From the NCBI RefSeq assembly GCF_009834535.1, contig NC_045697.1:97652001-97716000 (forward strand): 64,000 bases of DNA, written 5' to 3'. The position numbers were made by a program, and so were the translations under genes. Of the stretch, positions 1-15,025 are shown piece after piece. This DNA comes from Camelus ferus. Taxonomy: Eukaryota. The first letter of the stretch is position 1; each line of letters starts with the position of its first letter. A model generated the notes under the pieces. The model saw only the letters and a program-made list of their open reading frames with translations. It was not told the origin of the DNA and searched no databases.

Positions 1-199
1 TTTTAGATATTAAGAAGCCCTATTAGGTGGCAGACTGGAATTTGAGTCCAAATCCTAAATGTCAGGGATTTTCCATGATACATCTCTAGCACTTAAGGTT
101 CAGGAAAACAAAATATTCACCAATTTGAGAGATAACACTGGACAAGATCAGGCAGGTGGTATGTAAGAGAATAAAGACAGACTAAACACAATATGAAGA

Positions 200-711
200 T
201 GTTGGCTAAAAAATGCACAACCTGTAAGTTGAGAGTTACATTTATTTGCTGGACTTTCTGAGGATTCAAGCGCAGGAGACAGCCTCTGAGATTACTCTAA
301 GAGACTACACCGAAGAGGCAGGGAGGAGCCAAAATATGTGAGTTTCTGCAACAAAGACCACGTAGTCGGAACATCAAAAGAGTACTGTTAATTAAAAAAC
401 AAACAAACAAACAAAAAAACCAGAAAAACAGATACTTCAAGTTAAGGAATTTAGTTCTTTTCTGTGTATGGGAACATGCAAAGGTCTGGGCTCACTGAAA
501 TCTTTCCTTTGATATGCACCAGTATCCTGTTCTTTCATATCCCAAGTTCCCTCAAGGTGCACAGTTGGGGGTGGCTGCAGAGGCCAGGCTGCCTGCTTGT
601 CACCACCCCAGTCTCCCTTTGCTCACTGTCAGGGACGGCAGTAGTGATTGATGACTGGATGACCACAGCATCCTTTGTTTACTAATATGGCTGGCAACAT
701 TTTTTATCACA
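200..711 (-). mobile_element. Solo LTR, ERV1-type
   Basis: Begins TG (200) and ends CA (711), flanked by a perfect 4-bp TSD AAGA (196-199 / 712-715). TTTATT at ~241 gives a poly(A) signal on the minus strand. A 4-bp TSD is typical of class I ERVs. Confidence 0.8.
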
Positions 712-1414
712 AAGAGAATGAACCATATTTCTTGGCCCCCACAAAGATTCTTCCAATAATGCCTGAATGGATGTCATTGCATTAGGAAGTGAGAATGTGC
801 CCAGACAGCCATGAGTAGATGAGTATTAAAGAGGCTGACCCTTGAAAATGGACAATTGTAATTTTACTCTCACCTGGGATTTGGTATTAGTTGATAAAGT
901 TGACAAGGCATGGGAAGAAAGAGGACTTTTGTTGTTGTTGGATTCATATCTCAAACCCATCACTTTAGGAGTTAACCTAAGCATAGGTTTTTCATCAGTT
1001 ATAATATCAAAAATGAAATACTTCCTTTGCCATCCAATTATTAGGATTATGAATGGAATTATTTATCTCATGAATATCTAAAACCCCATTTGCTAGTTCA
1101 TCTCAGTGAAGAATCAATCCCTTTTATGCCTTTAAAAACATATAGCTAAAGTTACCAATAGTCAAGAGAATGTTTATTTGTTGCTACTGTATTAGTGATA
1201 CAGGAAAAAAATTATATGTTTATAAATAAATACAAAATGCAATGTTTTGTTAACTGGTTACCAGAGGCACACTGCCTGTTTAGATTTGGCAATGGACACA
1301 CTACTTTGACCTCTTGACAAATTATGTCAATTGCAGAGTCAGGTCTGGTAACAGAAACACTAGTTTTGTTTTATTTCTTTTGCTTGTTTCTATGTGTAGT
1401 AATTTTTCCCAGCT

Positions 1415-1815
1415 TTTTTTGAGATATAATTGACATAAAACATTATGTAAGTTTAAGGTTATAACACAGTGATTTGATATACATATATATTTTGAAATAA
1501 TAACCATAATAAAGTTGGTTAACATGTCCATCACCTCACATTGTTACCATTTTTATGTATGTGTGGTGAGAACATCTAAGTTCTACTCTCAGTGACTTTC
1601 ACGTACACAGTACAGTATTGTTAACCGTAGTCGTGATACTATACATTAGATCTCCAGGACTTACTCATTTTATAACTGAAAGTTTGTGCCCTTTGACCTG
1701 TTTCACCCATTTTCTCCACTCCCTTATCCCTGGCAACCACCAATCTACTCTGTTTTTATGAATTCAGTTTTTTAGATTCCAGATATAAGTGACATCATAC
1801 GGTATTTGCCTTTTT
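1415..1815 (-). mobile_element. LINE-1 3' end fragment
   Basis: T-rich start followed by typical L1 3'UTR antisense motifs (gagatataattgacata..., ttttagattccagatataagtg). Confidence 0.8.
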
Positions 1816-4800
1816 ATTCAATTATTTAGTTAAAGAAAAATCACTTTTATATCACATACATTTTACAATTAATTTTGAGGCAAAAGTAGTCATTATTATA
1901 AAACCAAGCTATGATTTATAAACAGTTCATAAATGAAGAAAACCATTCAATATTATTATTTTTAAATGAATAGTGAAAGTACTTTGGCTTTTGTATACTT
2001 ATGATAGGCTAAGTAAAAACTCTTAAAAACCTTTTATGCTATGAGTGTAGGTAAGCTAGGTATTGCTGTTATTTAAAGCAAAATAACTTGATGTTGTCAT
2101 GCATTTTTTAGAAGCTTTAGTAAACGAAGTATTTTTGGAATTCATTACAAATGAGTTGCTTTTGTATCTTCCATTAATTTTACCTGCAAAACAGTCAAAC
2201 AGTGGTAAACAGCAAGAATAAAAACTCTCTTCATAAATTGATAATACATGCATGTACTTTTGCTAATCCTAGTTGACCCAGTTATGCCCTGAGTATTCAG
2301 AAATAATGTCACGCTCTCCAGCAATCCTTGATGAATTTAAGGATCAAATTAAGTACTTCCTCATTAACTGCCCCAAGTCTTTGTAGTGGGACATGTTAAG
2401 GATGAATGTACATTTTTACTTAAACCAATTTGGGAAATAAGTTGTTTGAAAATAACGATTTTATTTTAGCGCTTGGTTTGCATTATCAGAATTGAATTGA
2501 AACCTAGATGTTTGGTAAAATCATTTTTTCAAATGTCTCAGTAGTTGAAATCTATCATGAGACAATACTAAGCAACATAAAAGCAATTTTCTCATGTTTT
2601 CTTAAATTGCCCAGAATAGTGACATTGTTGAAAATTCTTTCTTTCCTTGTAATTTGTTGACTATTTTACATATAAATTATCATACACATATATTACAAAC
2701 TTAGTGGAAAGTGTTCATTGCAAAAAGTAACATTTTTAAGAGAACCATAGTATTAAGTACAGATTTTTATGCTTTTATATGAAATTCTGTGGGGAAAAAT
2801 TCGACTAAGGTGAGGATTCTTTGTCTGATTCTGGAACACCCAAAATGATGTTATATAAATCTTCTCTTGCTGTACTGTATATAGACTGACAGGGACAGAA
2901 TGAAAACCAAAGCAAATATGAGGTAAAAATGATTTTTTATTACTTTAGGTATTTCTAGATGTCAGATAAAAATGAGAACATTGCTAAAAATTTTACAGAA
3001 TGACAGCTTTGCCTTATGGATAAAATTCTATAGTTTGATGTATGAGGCAGAAAATATGAAAAATATTATGAAGTACTAGCCTGACATAATGACGGAAAGC
3101 TGCTGGCAGTGTGCTAACACCAAAGAAATATAACAGAATAAAGCTAAACTAGGAAGAAAGCAATTCTTTTGAATCTTGCCTACCCCAGAAACATGAATTT
3201 TGGCCTTCAAAAAATGCAAACCATGAACTTTCATCTTTTATTGACTTCTGATTGTTCCACTTGACCGCTTACATGGAGATTAACTTCTCAATGCATGCCT
3301 TTACATATCTATCAAGCATAAAATAAACACAGGAAGTTCTTTAAGAACCCTAATTGGTTTGCCACACTCTGCTCTACTGCAGATTACTAGATTATGGTGT
3401 GATGTGTTATTAATTCAGTGTTGCTACACCTCTGTTCTCTGCATATACTTTTCTAAGTGATAGTAAGCCATTGGATTCCTTGGTCCATTTAGTAACTATT
3501 ACCTTTTATTTATGTTCACATTAGTAAATTTTGTCTCTTAGAAATGATCTAATTCAATGTGCCCTACCTTTCATCTTTCAAGAGGTGAACACCTAACTCA
3601 GATTCAGGCAACTGCCTCCTCTCTCCTGACATTTTGCTCTTAGGCTAATTTATATCCATTGGTTCCTGAGAAAATCTGCTCTTAACTATCTGGAAACCTG
3701 GATCCGCCCTGATTCCTAAACCTTCCTAAGCTTGATACATCAACTACTCTTGGCTCTATAAGAAACCCTTATCCTTCAAGTAAATGTTTTTGTTAAATTG
3801 ATTTTTTTGTTAAAGTGATTTATGAGGCTTGCAACAACAAAAAAACAGTACAGGTACCATATTTCTTAGTTGAAGACGTAATACGGTATAAAACCTCGTG
3901 ACAGAGGCATGTGGTTGAAAGTACCAGGATATTAATGCCTTTAATAAGATATACCTCTTACTTCTATGAGTAATGCTGACATGAAATTTTATTTTGAAGG
4001 AAACCCTTGTTCACTGATTTTTTTTCTCCCATGTATTTCTGATGTTGAGAAGACTCCTTATAAATTAGTAAATTAAATCAAATATTATTTAGTACCTCAT
4101 GTATACATATAAAATAGTTTCTACCTTGATTCTACCTTAAAAAAAGGTATCTATCTTTGTGAATGCCATCCATATAATATGTATTTATATAAGACCTAAG
4201 TTTTTATAGAATACAGACTAGAATATGGGCTACTTTATTTTTTACCAAGGATATGGTTTATTAAGTTGAAGTTTTGCTATATATATTTATAAAATATATA
4301 TAATATTCAACAACTACAAGGAAAGAAAGTCTGTTTCCTCAAGAATGCCATGATTCTGGACAATTTAATGGGAATTTTAGAAATTCTATGTTGCTTAGCA
4401 TTAGAAAAACTATGTTATTTACAAGGTATATGCATTATTTGGGTTTAATGTATTATAGTCACCAGTGAGAATCATGGCTAGAAAAAATAATTATGCTAGA
4501 GTTTATTTCTCCTTAGATACAGTTATATAAATGTTGACATTGAACAAATTAAAGGTGAATTGAAAATATTTTTTACTCATTTAATTTGCTTTCTGTAATA
4601 GTAATTATCTCCAGATTTTTATGCATAATAAATGAGATAATCCATGAAAAGCTCAGCAGAAAACTGGAGCCATCACAAACTCTCAATAAATGTTAGTTAT
4701 GACACTGAAAAGTTAATATAATAATGATGGTGGTGCACATCAGCTTGAGAATGAATCTTATCTAAGCATTATTTTTTAAGAAATTTAATAATCCTGTCAT

Positions 4801-4984
4801 CTGGCTAGGACAGTTTATATTTCTTACCAACACTTGCAATAATAAAACTTTTATGTTTTAATTAAACTGATTGTTATGAAATAATGTCTTATTGTTGCTT
4901 TAGTTTGTATTTCCCTGAGTTCTAGTCCAGTTGAGCTCTGTAGATATCTTAACCACACATTTTGTCAGTTTTTAAAAATTTAAA

Positions 4985-7900
4985 GATGTTTATTAAGATA
5001 TAATTGACATATAATATTGTATTAGTTGTAGGTGTACAACATAATGATTTGATATATGGTACATACTGTGAAAAATTACTGCAAGAAGTTTAGTTAACAT
5101 TCATCACCACACAGTTACAGACCACTTCTTTCTTATCCATTCAGTAGATTCTTAAGTTATTTCCATGTCTTGGCTATTGTAAATAATGCTGCAACAAATA
5201 TGGTAGTACATATATTTTTTTGAGATAGCGATTTTGTTTTCCTTTGGATAAATACCCAGAAGTGGAGTTGCTGAATCGTGTTATCTCTACTTCTAATTTT
5301 TTGAGGAAGCACCATATTGTTTTCCATAGTGGCTGCACTAATTAGTATTTCCATCTACAGTTCACAAGGGTTCTCTTTACTCCACATCCTCACCAATGCT
5401 TGTTATTTTCCATCTCTTTGAAATAACTATTTTAACAGTTGTGAGGTGATATTTCATTGTGGTGGTTCTGATTTGCATTTTACATGATGATTAGTGATGT
5501 TAAGTACCTTTTCGTGTACCTGTTGGTCAGCTGTATGTCTTTTTTGGAAAAATGTCTTCAGATCCTCTGCTCATTTTTAATTGTATTTTTTTTTCTGTTG
5601 GGTTGTATGGGTTCTTTGTATATTTGAAATATTAACCCTTATCAGATTTATGGTTTGCAAATATTCTATCCCATTCAAGTAGGTTGACTTTTCATTTTGT
5701 TGATCATTTCTTTTGCTGTGCAGAAGTTTTTTGGTTTGATATAATTTCACTTTTTATTTTTTCATTTTGTTGCCTTTACTGTTGGTATCAAATGCAAAAA
5801 TTCATTGCCAAACCCTGTATCAAGGAACCACTCCCTATGTTTTCTTCTAACAGTGTTGTTGTTTCAGATTTTATGTTCAAGTATTTAATCCATTTTGAAT
5901 TGACTTTTGTGTATGGTATAAGATAGTGGTCCAGTTTCTTTCTTTTACACGTGGCTATTCAATTTTTTCAACACCATTTATTAAAGAGACTATCCTTTCC
6001 CCATTGAATAGTCTCAGTTCTTTTGTGATAAATTAATTGACCATTGTATGTATGGGTTTATTCCTGGGCTTTCTGTTCTTTCACTGATCTATGTGTCTGT
6101 TTTTATGCCAATACCACACTGTTTTGATTACTTTTTATATTATATTGTAATATAGTTTGAAATCGGAAAGCATTATGCCTTCTTTGTTTTTCTTAAGATT
6201 GTTGTGGCTATTTGGGGTCTTCTGTGGTTGTCATAGACATTTTAGGATTGTTTGTTCTCTTTCTCTGAAAAATGCTTATTGGAATTTTGATGGAGATTGC
6301 ATTGAGTCTGTAGATTGCTTTAGGTAGTACGGACATTTTAACAATATTCTTCTAATCCATGTCCATAGAATATCTTTCCATTTACTTAATAACTTCTTCA
6401 GTTTCTGTCATCACTGTCTTACAGTTTCCAGTGTATAGTTGTTTTGCCTGCTTGGTTATATATTGCTCCTAGGTATTTTATTCAATTTCAATTATAATGG
6501 GATTATTTACTTAATTTCTCTTTCTGATAGTTTGTTATTAGTGCATAGAAATGCAACAGATTTTTGTATATTTTGCATTCTGCTACTTCATTTAATTCAT
6601 TTGTTAGTCTAACAGTATTTTGGAAGACTCTTTAGGGTTTTCTTTATATAATATTAAGTCATCTGAAAATAGTGGTAATCTTACTTCTTCCTTTCCAATA
6701 TGAATGCCTTTTCTTTCTTTTCCTTTCCTAATTTCTTTGACTAGGACGTCTAATACTATATAGAAAACAAGTGCAAGATGGGACATCCTTGTCTTGTTTC
6801 TGGTCTTAAACAGAAAATTTCAGTTTCTTATTGTTGAGTATGATGTTAGCTGTAGGCTTGTCATGAATGGCCTCGACTGTATTGAAATACATTTCCTGTA
6901 TACTAAATTTATTGATGGTTTTTATTATAAAATCAATGTTGAATTTTTTCAAATGCTTTTTCTGCATCTATTGAGATGATCACAAGATTTATATTCTTCA
7001 TTTTGTTTATGTGGTATATCACATTAATTGATTTGCAGATATTGAATCACCGTTGCAACCTTGGAATAAATCCCATGTGATTCTTTTAATGTACTGTTGA
7101 AATTGGTGTTATAAAATTTTGTTGAGAATATTTGCATCTATATTTGTCAGAAATATTGGCCTGTAATTTTCTTTTATTGTGGCATCCTTGTCTGGTTTTG
7201 GTATAAGAGTAATGCTGGTCTTGTAAAATGAGTTGGGAGGTGTTCCCTCCTTTTCTATTTTGTGGAAGAGTTTGAGAAGAATTGATACTAATTTTTCATT
7301 AAATGTTTGGTAGAATTCACCAGTGAGACATCTGGTCCTGAACTTTATTGTTGGGAGGTTTTCTGTTCTCATGATTCGGTCTTGGTAGGTTGTATGTTTC
7401 CAAGTAGGTTATATATTTCTAGGAATTTATCCATTTATTCTAAGTTGTCCATTTGTTGACATTTAATTGCTCATAATAGTCTCTTGTGATCCTTTGTATT
7501 TCTGTGATATCAGTTTTAATGTCTCCTCTTTCATTTGAGATTTTATTTCAGCTCAGTTTCTTTTTATCTTGGTGAATCTAGCTAATATTTGTCAATTACT
7601 TGCCCTTTCAAGAAAACAATTCTTACTTTCATTGATTTTTTTCTGTCATCTTTTCGGTCTCTTGCATTTATTTCTACTTTGATCTTTATTATTTCTTTTA
7701 TTCTACTAAATTTGGATTTTACTTGTTTTTCTAGTCCCTGGAGGTGTAAAGTTGTTTGAGATCTTTCTTGTTTCTTGATGTGAGCATTTATTGCTGTGAA
7801 CTTTCCTCATAGAACAGCTTTTGCAGCATCCTTTAAGTTTTGGTATGTGGTATTTACGTTTGTATTTATCTCAAGTTTTTTTTTATTTCTCTTTTGATTT

Positions 7901-8950
7901 CTTATTTGACCCATTGCTTGTTCAGTAGTGTGTTGTTTTATCTCCACATATTTGAATTTTCCAGTTTTCTTCTTGTAATTGATTTTTAGTTTTGTACCAT
8001 TGTGTTCAGAAAAGATGGTTGATATGATTTCAGTCTTCTTAAATTTCTTTAAGACATGTTTTGTGGCCTAACATATGATCTATCCTGGAGAATGTTCCAT
8101 GTGCACTTGAGAAGAATATATATCCTGTTGCTTTTGGATGGAATGTTCTCCTCATGTCTTTTGAGTCCTTCTGGACTAGTGTGTCACTTAAGGCTAATGT
8201 TTTCTTATTGATTTTCTGTGTGGATAATCTAGCCATCGGTAAAAAGGGTATATTAAAGTCCCCTCTCATCATTGTACTGGTGTTAATATTTACTTACATA
8301 TTGAGGTGCTCCTATGTTGAATACATATATATTTACAAGGTGCTATATCCTCTTGTTAGATTGACCCTTTGTCATTATATAATGACCATCTTTATTATAT
8401 TCTTTATTTTAAAGTCTGTTTTGTTTGATATAAACATAGCTATTTCAGCTTTCTTTTGGTTTCCATTTGCAGGGAAGATCTTTTTCTATCCTTTCACTTT
8501 CAGTTTGAGTGTGTGCTTACATCTGAAGTGGGTCTCTTGTCAACGGCACACAGATAGGTCATGTTTTATCCATTCAGCCACTCTGTCTTTTGATTGGAGA
8601 ATTTATTCCATTTACTTTTGTAATCTTTATTGATAGACAATGTCTTTATTGCTATTTTGTTCATTGTTTTCTGGCTGTTTTTTAGTTCTGTTTTTTTCTT
8701 GTTTTGCTCCCTTCCTTTGTGATTTGATGATTTTCTGTAGTGGTAAGCTTAGACTCCTTTCTCTTTATCTTTTGTATATCTATGATCAGTTCTTGATTTG
8801 TGTTTACCATGAAGATCATATAAAAAACTTATATTTATAACAGTCTATTTTAAGTTGATAGAAAGTTAAGTTTGAATGCATTCTAAAGCTGTACAGCTTT
8901 TACTTCTCCTCCCCATGATTTATGTTTTGATGTCACAGTTTACATCTATT
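4985..8950 (-). mobile_element. Decayed LINE-1 (3'UTR + ORF2 RT and endonuclease remnants)
   Basis: ORF-track fragments 5157-5354 (AALFTIAKTWK), 6604-6786 (LFSDDLILY), 7109-7372 (GEFYQTF...[19 protein letters not shown]) and 8039-8272 (GDFN...TFSRIDHMLGHK) are L1 ORF2 motifs in the correct order. Confidence 0.92.
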
Positions 8951-10019
8951 AAATCACTTTATATCTTACTTTGTTTAGGGTACTGTTGTTTTTCAGAATC
9001 CCCTCCTAAATATAGGAAACACTTTATGTGGGATGCAAATGTAAATTAAAAAAAAAAACTTGACACATTTATCTGCACAAATATTCTCCCAAGTCATTTG
9101 AATTTAATAACTTCAATTATAAGGAGCTACACTGAGTGAATATACCTTTTTATGTCAAAATATAAATAAGTTTCATTTTACTGGTAACATTGACTGTAAT
9201 TATAAAATATAATTAAGTAACTTCATTGAGTTTTTGTCTCAGGTACTCATTACAAATATCTCTAAACATCTGCTGTGACCTTTATATTGATATGTATTGG
9301 AAAGAAATAAAATATTTAAGATAAAATCTGTTATTTTCTCTGGAGACTAAGGCTCAGTAAGATGTGAATATGATGGATTTCTGCTTAGTATTTTTAAATG
9401 CCTATAGAAAATGCCACACATACATAATTCCCTTCTGCTCACGCTATGGCCTGTTTTGTTCTTAATGGAGTTGATTTTTTCGTTTCCCTGGTCTTCAGTG
9501 ACATTTTTGTTATATAAATGGCTCTTTATTTAGAATATGTGCATCCTTTGTTTAATGTGATCTGTTACAGTGACATTTTGGAACAACTCTTTATATTTTC
9601 TAGATCAGTACTAATTATACCACACATCTTCCTTTTACATTGGGCCTGGAATTGGTAGTGGGCATCTGAATGCGTGTATAACACAAAATACACTGTGTTA
9701 CCAAAGGAAAATGATCACTTAAGTACAGAGTTAGAGTGAAATTATGCATAACCCCACACAGCATTTACAAACTCAAGTATATATAAAGCATAACCATTGC
9801 CTGTAATATATTTTAGATGTATATTGTCATTACTTGTCCAAACATTATAAACTGTAACAGATGGACCACTCTTAAATAAGTATTTATCAAGCTTCCGCTT
9901 TAGAGGAGCTGAAGATACTTGGAAGAAGAGGGGGATTAGTGGGGTCTTGCGCCTTCCCTATACCGATCCTTAAAATTTATTTCATTTAGAAGTATATAAA
10001 AAGAGATTTTAAAATACTA

Positions 10020-10420
10020 ATCATTTTTGTCCCTTACTTTCATCTCCTACCTGCATCCTGTGACATATTCCCCTTACTCATGCTCTTTTAGTGCATCGGA
10101 TTTCCTACTATTTAATATTCCAGCATTCTCCCGTCAGTCTTCGAATTGCTTGTTCTTTGTGCTTAGGATGTTCTTCCACATGATTGCTACATTGTCTCTT
10201 TTACAACTTTGCTTAAACGCCCCTTCTCACTGAGTCCTACTCTGACCTCTCTATTTAAAATTGCTATCTGTCCCACACAGTCCACTGTTTTCATCCCTCT
10301 TTCCTTGAGCTTATATTTCCTACAGCACAACTTATAAATGTTACCTTTGTCATTTTCTTCACTAGAGTATTAGCTATATGAGGGCAAGTCTTTTTTTAAA
10401 TTTTTGTTAGTTTTGGTTTT
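10020..10420 (+). mobile_element. Ancient LINE-2 3' fragment
   Basis: Degenerate L2-like motifs (ctatttaaaattgc..., actagagtattagctatatgagggcaag). Confidence 0.45.
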
Positions 10421-11249
10421 CCAGTTTTCCTTTTTACAAGTGCCTTAGTTGTTACCAAAGAACTCTATACCTTGAGAACAACTCGCATAAGATGGCTAGA
10501 ATTCAATATTTCCCTGTAACTCACTGTATTAAAATAAAACTCTTTATTAAATACATTCTTCACTAACTTTTGTTAAGTGTGTATAACCAAGAGATATTGA
10601 TTGCAGCTAATTGATTGCATTCTGAGTTCTTTATTCTGCTAGTTTATTTGTTTGCCTGTACAAAAGAGAATTTTTTTAATTTTTTTTGAAAGTTTAATTT
10701 TAAATTTAGTTTCTGAAAGGAAAAGAGGCCAGCTGTCCCGTCTTTTTCTTTCAAAATGTTCTGCAACAGTGTCTTCTTATTTCCATTATGTTTTGTAAAC
10801 ATTCTGTCAAGTTTTAAAAATGTCCTCTTAAAAACTGTCATCTAGGAGTTGTTTAAATTTATATGCTTAACTCAGAAAATAGATAAATATTTTTTAATAT
10901 TTAGTATTTATATCCAAGAGTATGATATATGTCTATTTTCTATCATTTTGATAGTTAAAAATTTGCCCTTTTTAAATAACTTGACCACCTTTAATTTATA
11001 TTTATGGTTTTATATATCATGTATTATTTTTGTGATAGTAAATGGAGTCTTTGCTTTTTATTATATCTTATTTAGAGGTACTTACATGGTATCATGTTCA
11101 GCAATTGATCATCTTTGGAATTTTACATACAGTTTGGATTTCAACACTATATAACCAGGCAGAGAAAAATAAAAATTTAGTAATGGAAAGAAGTTTATAT
11201 AAGTTCCTGAGTCATCCCCTACTTCCTCTCCCGTATATTTCTCACAATA

Positions 11250-13103
11250 TCTCAATAATCTATCCAATGATGATCACCTTATTTCCATACAAATTAAGTT
11301 TTAACATATATTCAGTCATGCAGGCTACCCCTTCAGTCCCTCATTGCTCCTCTACTCCACTAATTTAGTAAAGGGGTGTTTCAGTTGCCCATTGCAGTTT
11401 TCAATCTGTACACTGCTTTGGTAGATGATAAAGTGTATGATAAATACAGTGCATATGATGCTTCTTAGCCCATTGTTGTGCTGCATCTTTAATAAAAACC
11501 GATTCATTGAACAGGTGACAAATAAGCAGGGAATCCAATCCGAAATAATACTTTTGTCTCTAGACCTATAGTAACATTTAAAAAATTGTGTCAGTTACTG
11601 GGTATGCAAATACAAATCCAGAATGAGTACATATCTTAGCAAGACCTACTAGCATCACCTGGAGCCGTGCATAATAAGCCAGCTCTGGGTCAACTTGGAA
11701 TCTCTCCGTTCTGGACTGAATGTTTGTCCCCCAGAATGAACATGTTGAAACCCTACCCCCCCCCCCAATGTGATGGTATTAGGAGGTGAGGCCTTTGGGA
11801 AGTAATCAGGTTTAGATGAGGTCGTAAAGGTGGAGCTCCCATAATGGGATAAAACTCCTTATAAAAAGAGAAAAGACACCAGGACTTTCACTTTTTTCCT
11901 TGCTAGAATCTAGCAAGAGGGCAGCTGTCTGTAGCCAGGAAGGGAGCCTCATCAGGAATCTAATCTGCTGGCACTTTGATCTTTGACATCCCAGACTCCA
12001 GAACTGCGGAGAATAGATGTCTGTTGTTTAAGCCCTGCAAGTTTATGGTATTTTGTTATAGCAGCCACACTGACTAAGACATTCTTAATAGGTATTTGTC
12101 ATGGCTGTCCTGTCTCTTACATTTCTGTTGAAAACAGAATAATTGTTACTATATTTCAAGCTTTTTAGTGTCATAAATTAGTGGAATCCCTTTTTATCCA
12201 CCAGGTGTTTCAATGATTAAATGTCTCCATGCCATTCATCTCATATATGGGAGATATTTCTGTGAAAGAATAAGGGCATCCACTTACTGGTTCCAGTCCC
12301 CTCTGAAGTCATAAGATGGATTCTTTTGAGGTTATCAACATGCCCCTTTTGATTTTCCCTCTTTAAACCCAAATTTGTATAACATAGCACCCCAAATTTA
12401 AATTCAATTTTCCAGGTATCTAAGACCCATTCATTTTCAGCCATACTGTTAATCCATTGTTTCCCATTCTTATATTGCTGAAAACCCATTCCATGTAATT
12501 ATTCTTATTGTCTAGTTCTTTTGGATGCCACTAGGAACACTGATCTGAAGTTTGCTCATTAAGCAGAATTACCTTTTCCTTCTTTGATCAGCCCCTACAT
12601 AGGCAATAAAACTATTTTCCAAGTTACCAGTTACCACTCCGCTCTTGAACTACCATCTTTAAATCATGCAGCTTGTCTGGCACCCTCAGATACTGATCAT
12701 TGGGTGGGAACTATTTAGCTTTGGAGTATCTAATGTAGGACCCCAAATTATGCCAGTTACCTATTCATAAATGCAATAACTATTCCCAAGTGTAACCCAC
12801 TGTGAAAATGTCCTAAACATACCATATCTATTTGATGTGGAAACCTTTCTTTGCACTTCCTTTTATTTTGGAATGCTGTTGTAACATAAACCATGGTATA
12901 ACGGGTATTATCTCAAAATAATTTTAGGTTCTTCTGTTAATAGAAGTAGTTTAAACTAAAGCCAAAAAACAACCCACTAATTGACTTTCAAAGGGTGTAT
13001 ATCATAAGAAGACTCAAATAATTTTCTAGTCCAAAATCTTAGCAGTCAGCATGATGTTAAGTTACTGTCACTTTTAATATCATTCAAATATTGAGATCCT
13101 AAG
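11250..13103 (-). mobile_element. Ancient class III (ERV-L-like) pol remnant: tether/RNase H/integrase, interrupted by an MaLR LTR
   Basis: Minus-strand manual translation gives LRFWTRKL (~13042-13019), YTPFESQLVGCFLALV (~13001-12955), FKDGSS (~12663-12646), KEGKGNSA, GHVDN, FQVD, ICTHSGFVFAYPV (~11633-11595), QQWAKKHH and ENCNGQLK. These are collinear with ERV-L pol motifs LGFWSK, YSPFERQLLACYWALV, WFTDGS, GEGKSSQWAEL, WQVD, IDTYSGYGFAYP, QWAHAHG and ERWNGLLK. Many stops and frameshifts. Confidence 0.85.
11707..12081 (+). mobile_element. MaLR solo LTR (MLT1A-like) inserted in the ERV integrase
   Basis: Diagnostic motifs ggactgaatgtttgtccccc, ccaatgtgatggtattaggaggtg, ttgtttaagcc...tatggtattttgttatagcagcc...ctaagaca. 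Confidence 0.85.
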
Positions 13104-14162
13104 AAGGGTGATCAACTATCCTGATTCATCTGGACTGTATAAGTGAAAATCTTGAATCCCAGAAATCCCCAACCCTGGCTACAAAAGATTTCAGTAGTCA
13201 ATGTAGAAAGTAGTGGAAAAATATAAAACCCGTATGATGGGCCAAATATAGGGACTGAAGGAAACACTGTTTTGAATATCAAATGGATATGGTATAGATT
13301 ATATAACTTCCATAATCATGGTCACTGTTTTTACTTGAGTGCTAATATGGGTAACCATGATTGACAATTCACAATCATGAATCATCCATTGTTGCATTAT
13401 TCTGAATGATGCAATTTAAGTGTGGTGTGATCATTTGTGGATTAGCTGTTGTGCCTTGTATTGCAAATATTACTAGTTTTATTTATAACATTGTGGATGT
13501 TGTGATGTTTTCTGAGTTCAGGTGGTGAATATGAGAATGATTATAATACCAATGCCAGCAAGTCTCGGGTGTCACTGACAAAGTTAACAACTAGGTTAAC
13601 AAATGAGTTGAATAAAATTTTATGTACAAAAGCAGGATTTGACCAATAGGCCATAGTTTGTCAACCACTGAGACAGATTATGATTTATTTACTCAAGAGT
13701 TTATTATAAAACAAATAATAATAATAATTATTTAGGACTTTTAGAGTTGTAACAACTAGATTATTTTATTGGCAAAGGAAGGACATACACAATGCATTAG
13801 GACCAACATAAAGCATACTGTATGATATGCAAAAAAGAATTTGACATTGGCCGAAGTGTGGAGAAGGAGATACGAAATCACATGTGGAGACTGAATCTCG
13901 CAAGTCTAGGATGATATAGGCAAGTGCCTCTAGATCAATGGAAACATTTTTTGTTTCCCAAAAAGACACCAATGCTCAGTCAGAAATAGCACTGAATTAG
14001 CTTGGGCATACCATGGGAATGAACATGCATTGTCATACTGCTCTTTTATTGCTTCCTAAAACAGGATAATTATATTTCCTGACTCACAGATTGCAACTAT
14101 AATGTACTGTGAGCAAACAGAAGAAAAAAATTAATAACAGTTATGTTAGTGTCTTAGAGTAT

Positions 14163-14629
14163 TATACTTGGGTGAACAGTGTCTCTGAAAATTCATATCT
14201 TTCCATATCTCAAAATATCAGTCTCTGTGGGAATGGAGTCTTTGCAGATGTAGTCAGGTTAATTTAATCACGTTAAATTTAGGCATATTGGATCAGAGTA
14301 GGCCCTAAACCCAATGATTGATGTCCTTATAAGAAAGCCATGTGAAGACAGACACACAAACACAAGGAGAATGCCATGTGATAACAAAGGCAGAGATTAG
14401 AAGAATGCATTTATAAGTCAAGGAAAACCAAGGATTGCCAACAACCAACAGAAGCTAGGAAGAAGCAAGGGAAGAAAGGATTATTTCCTAGAGCATTCAG
14501 AGGAAGCATGGTGCTGCCAGTGCCTTGGTTTTGAACTTCTAACCTTCAGAACAGAGAGAATAAATTTCTGTTCTTTGAGGCCATTCAGTTTACCATAATT
14601 TGTTATGGTAGCCACAGGAAACTCATACA
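14163..14629 (+). mobile_element. MaLR solo LTR (MLT1B/C-like) inside the hAT transposase
   Basis: MLT1 motifs (gtctttgcagatgt, gccatgtgaagac, aataaatttctgttctttgag, gccacaggaaactcataca). Perfect 5-bp TSD AGTAT (14158-14162 / 14630-14634). Confidence 0.9.
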
Positions 14630-15025
14630 AGTATAGAGCTCATCCTGTCAGATCTTACCATCATGCTTTCTAGAGTTTATAAAGTGATGTATTGAATCAC
14701 AGCATCCCAAACTGTTCTCCCTAACTCTTAGATACTTGGACTTCCAAAAAACATAGCTTAAAATCATTTCCTTGTTTCTATGAAGATTTTAATGAAACCA
14801 CAGAAAACATAAAATATTACTAAAATCTTGTCAAAATACAAACTAAACTTTGTTAACCTCTTTGCATATTTGGCTAATTCCATTCCATCTATAAATTTCA
14901 TATCAGGGAAAATGAAATAACTTTACCTATGTAATATTCTATACATGTAAAATAATATATGTATTGTTAATTAGGGGTATAATTTTCTCACCTGTGATTT
15001 TTCGTAATGAAAGTCATAGATAAAA

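Noticed and set aside
8154..8840. Hydrophobic plus-strand ORFs (also 17529-17981, 24562-24879, 34544-34954)
   Set aside because: Antisense readings of T-rich L1 sequence, not membrane proteins.
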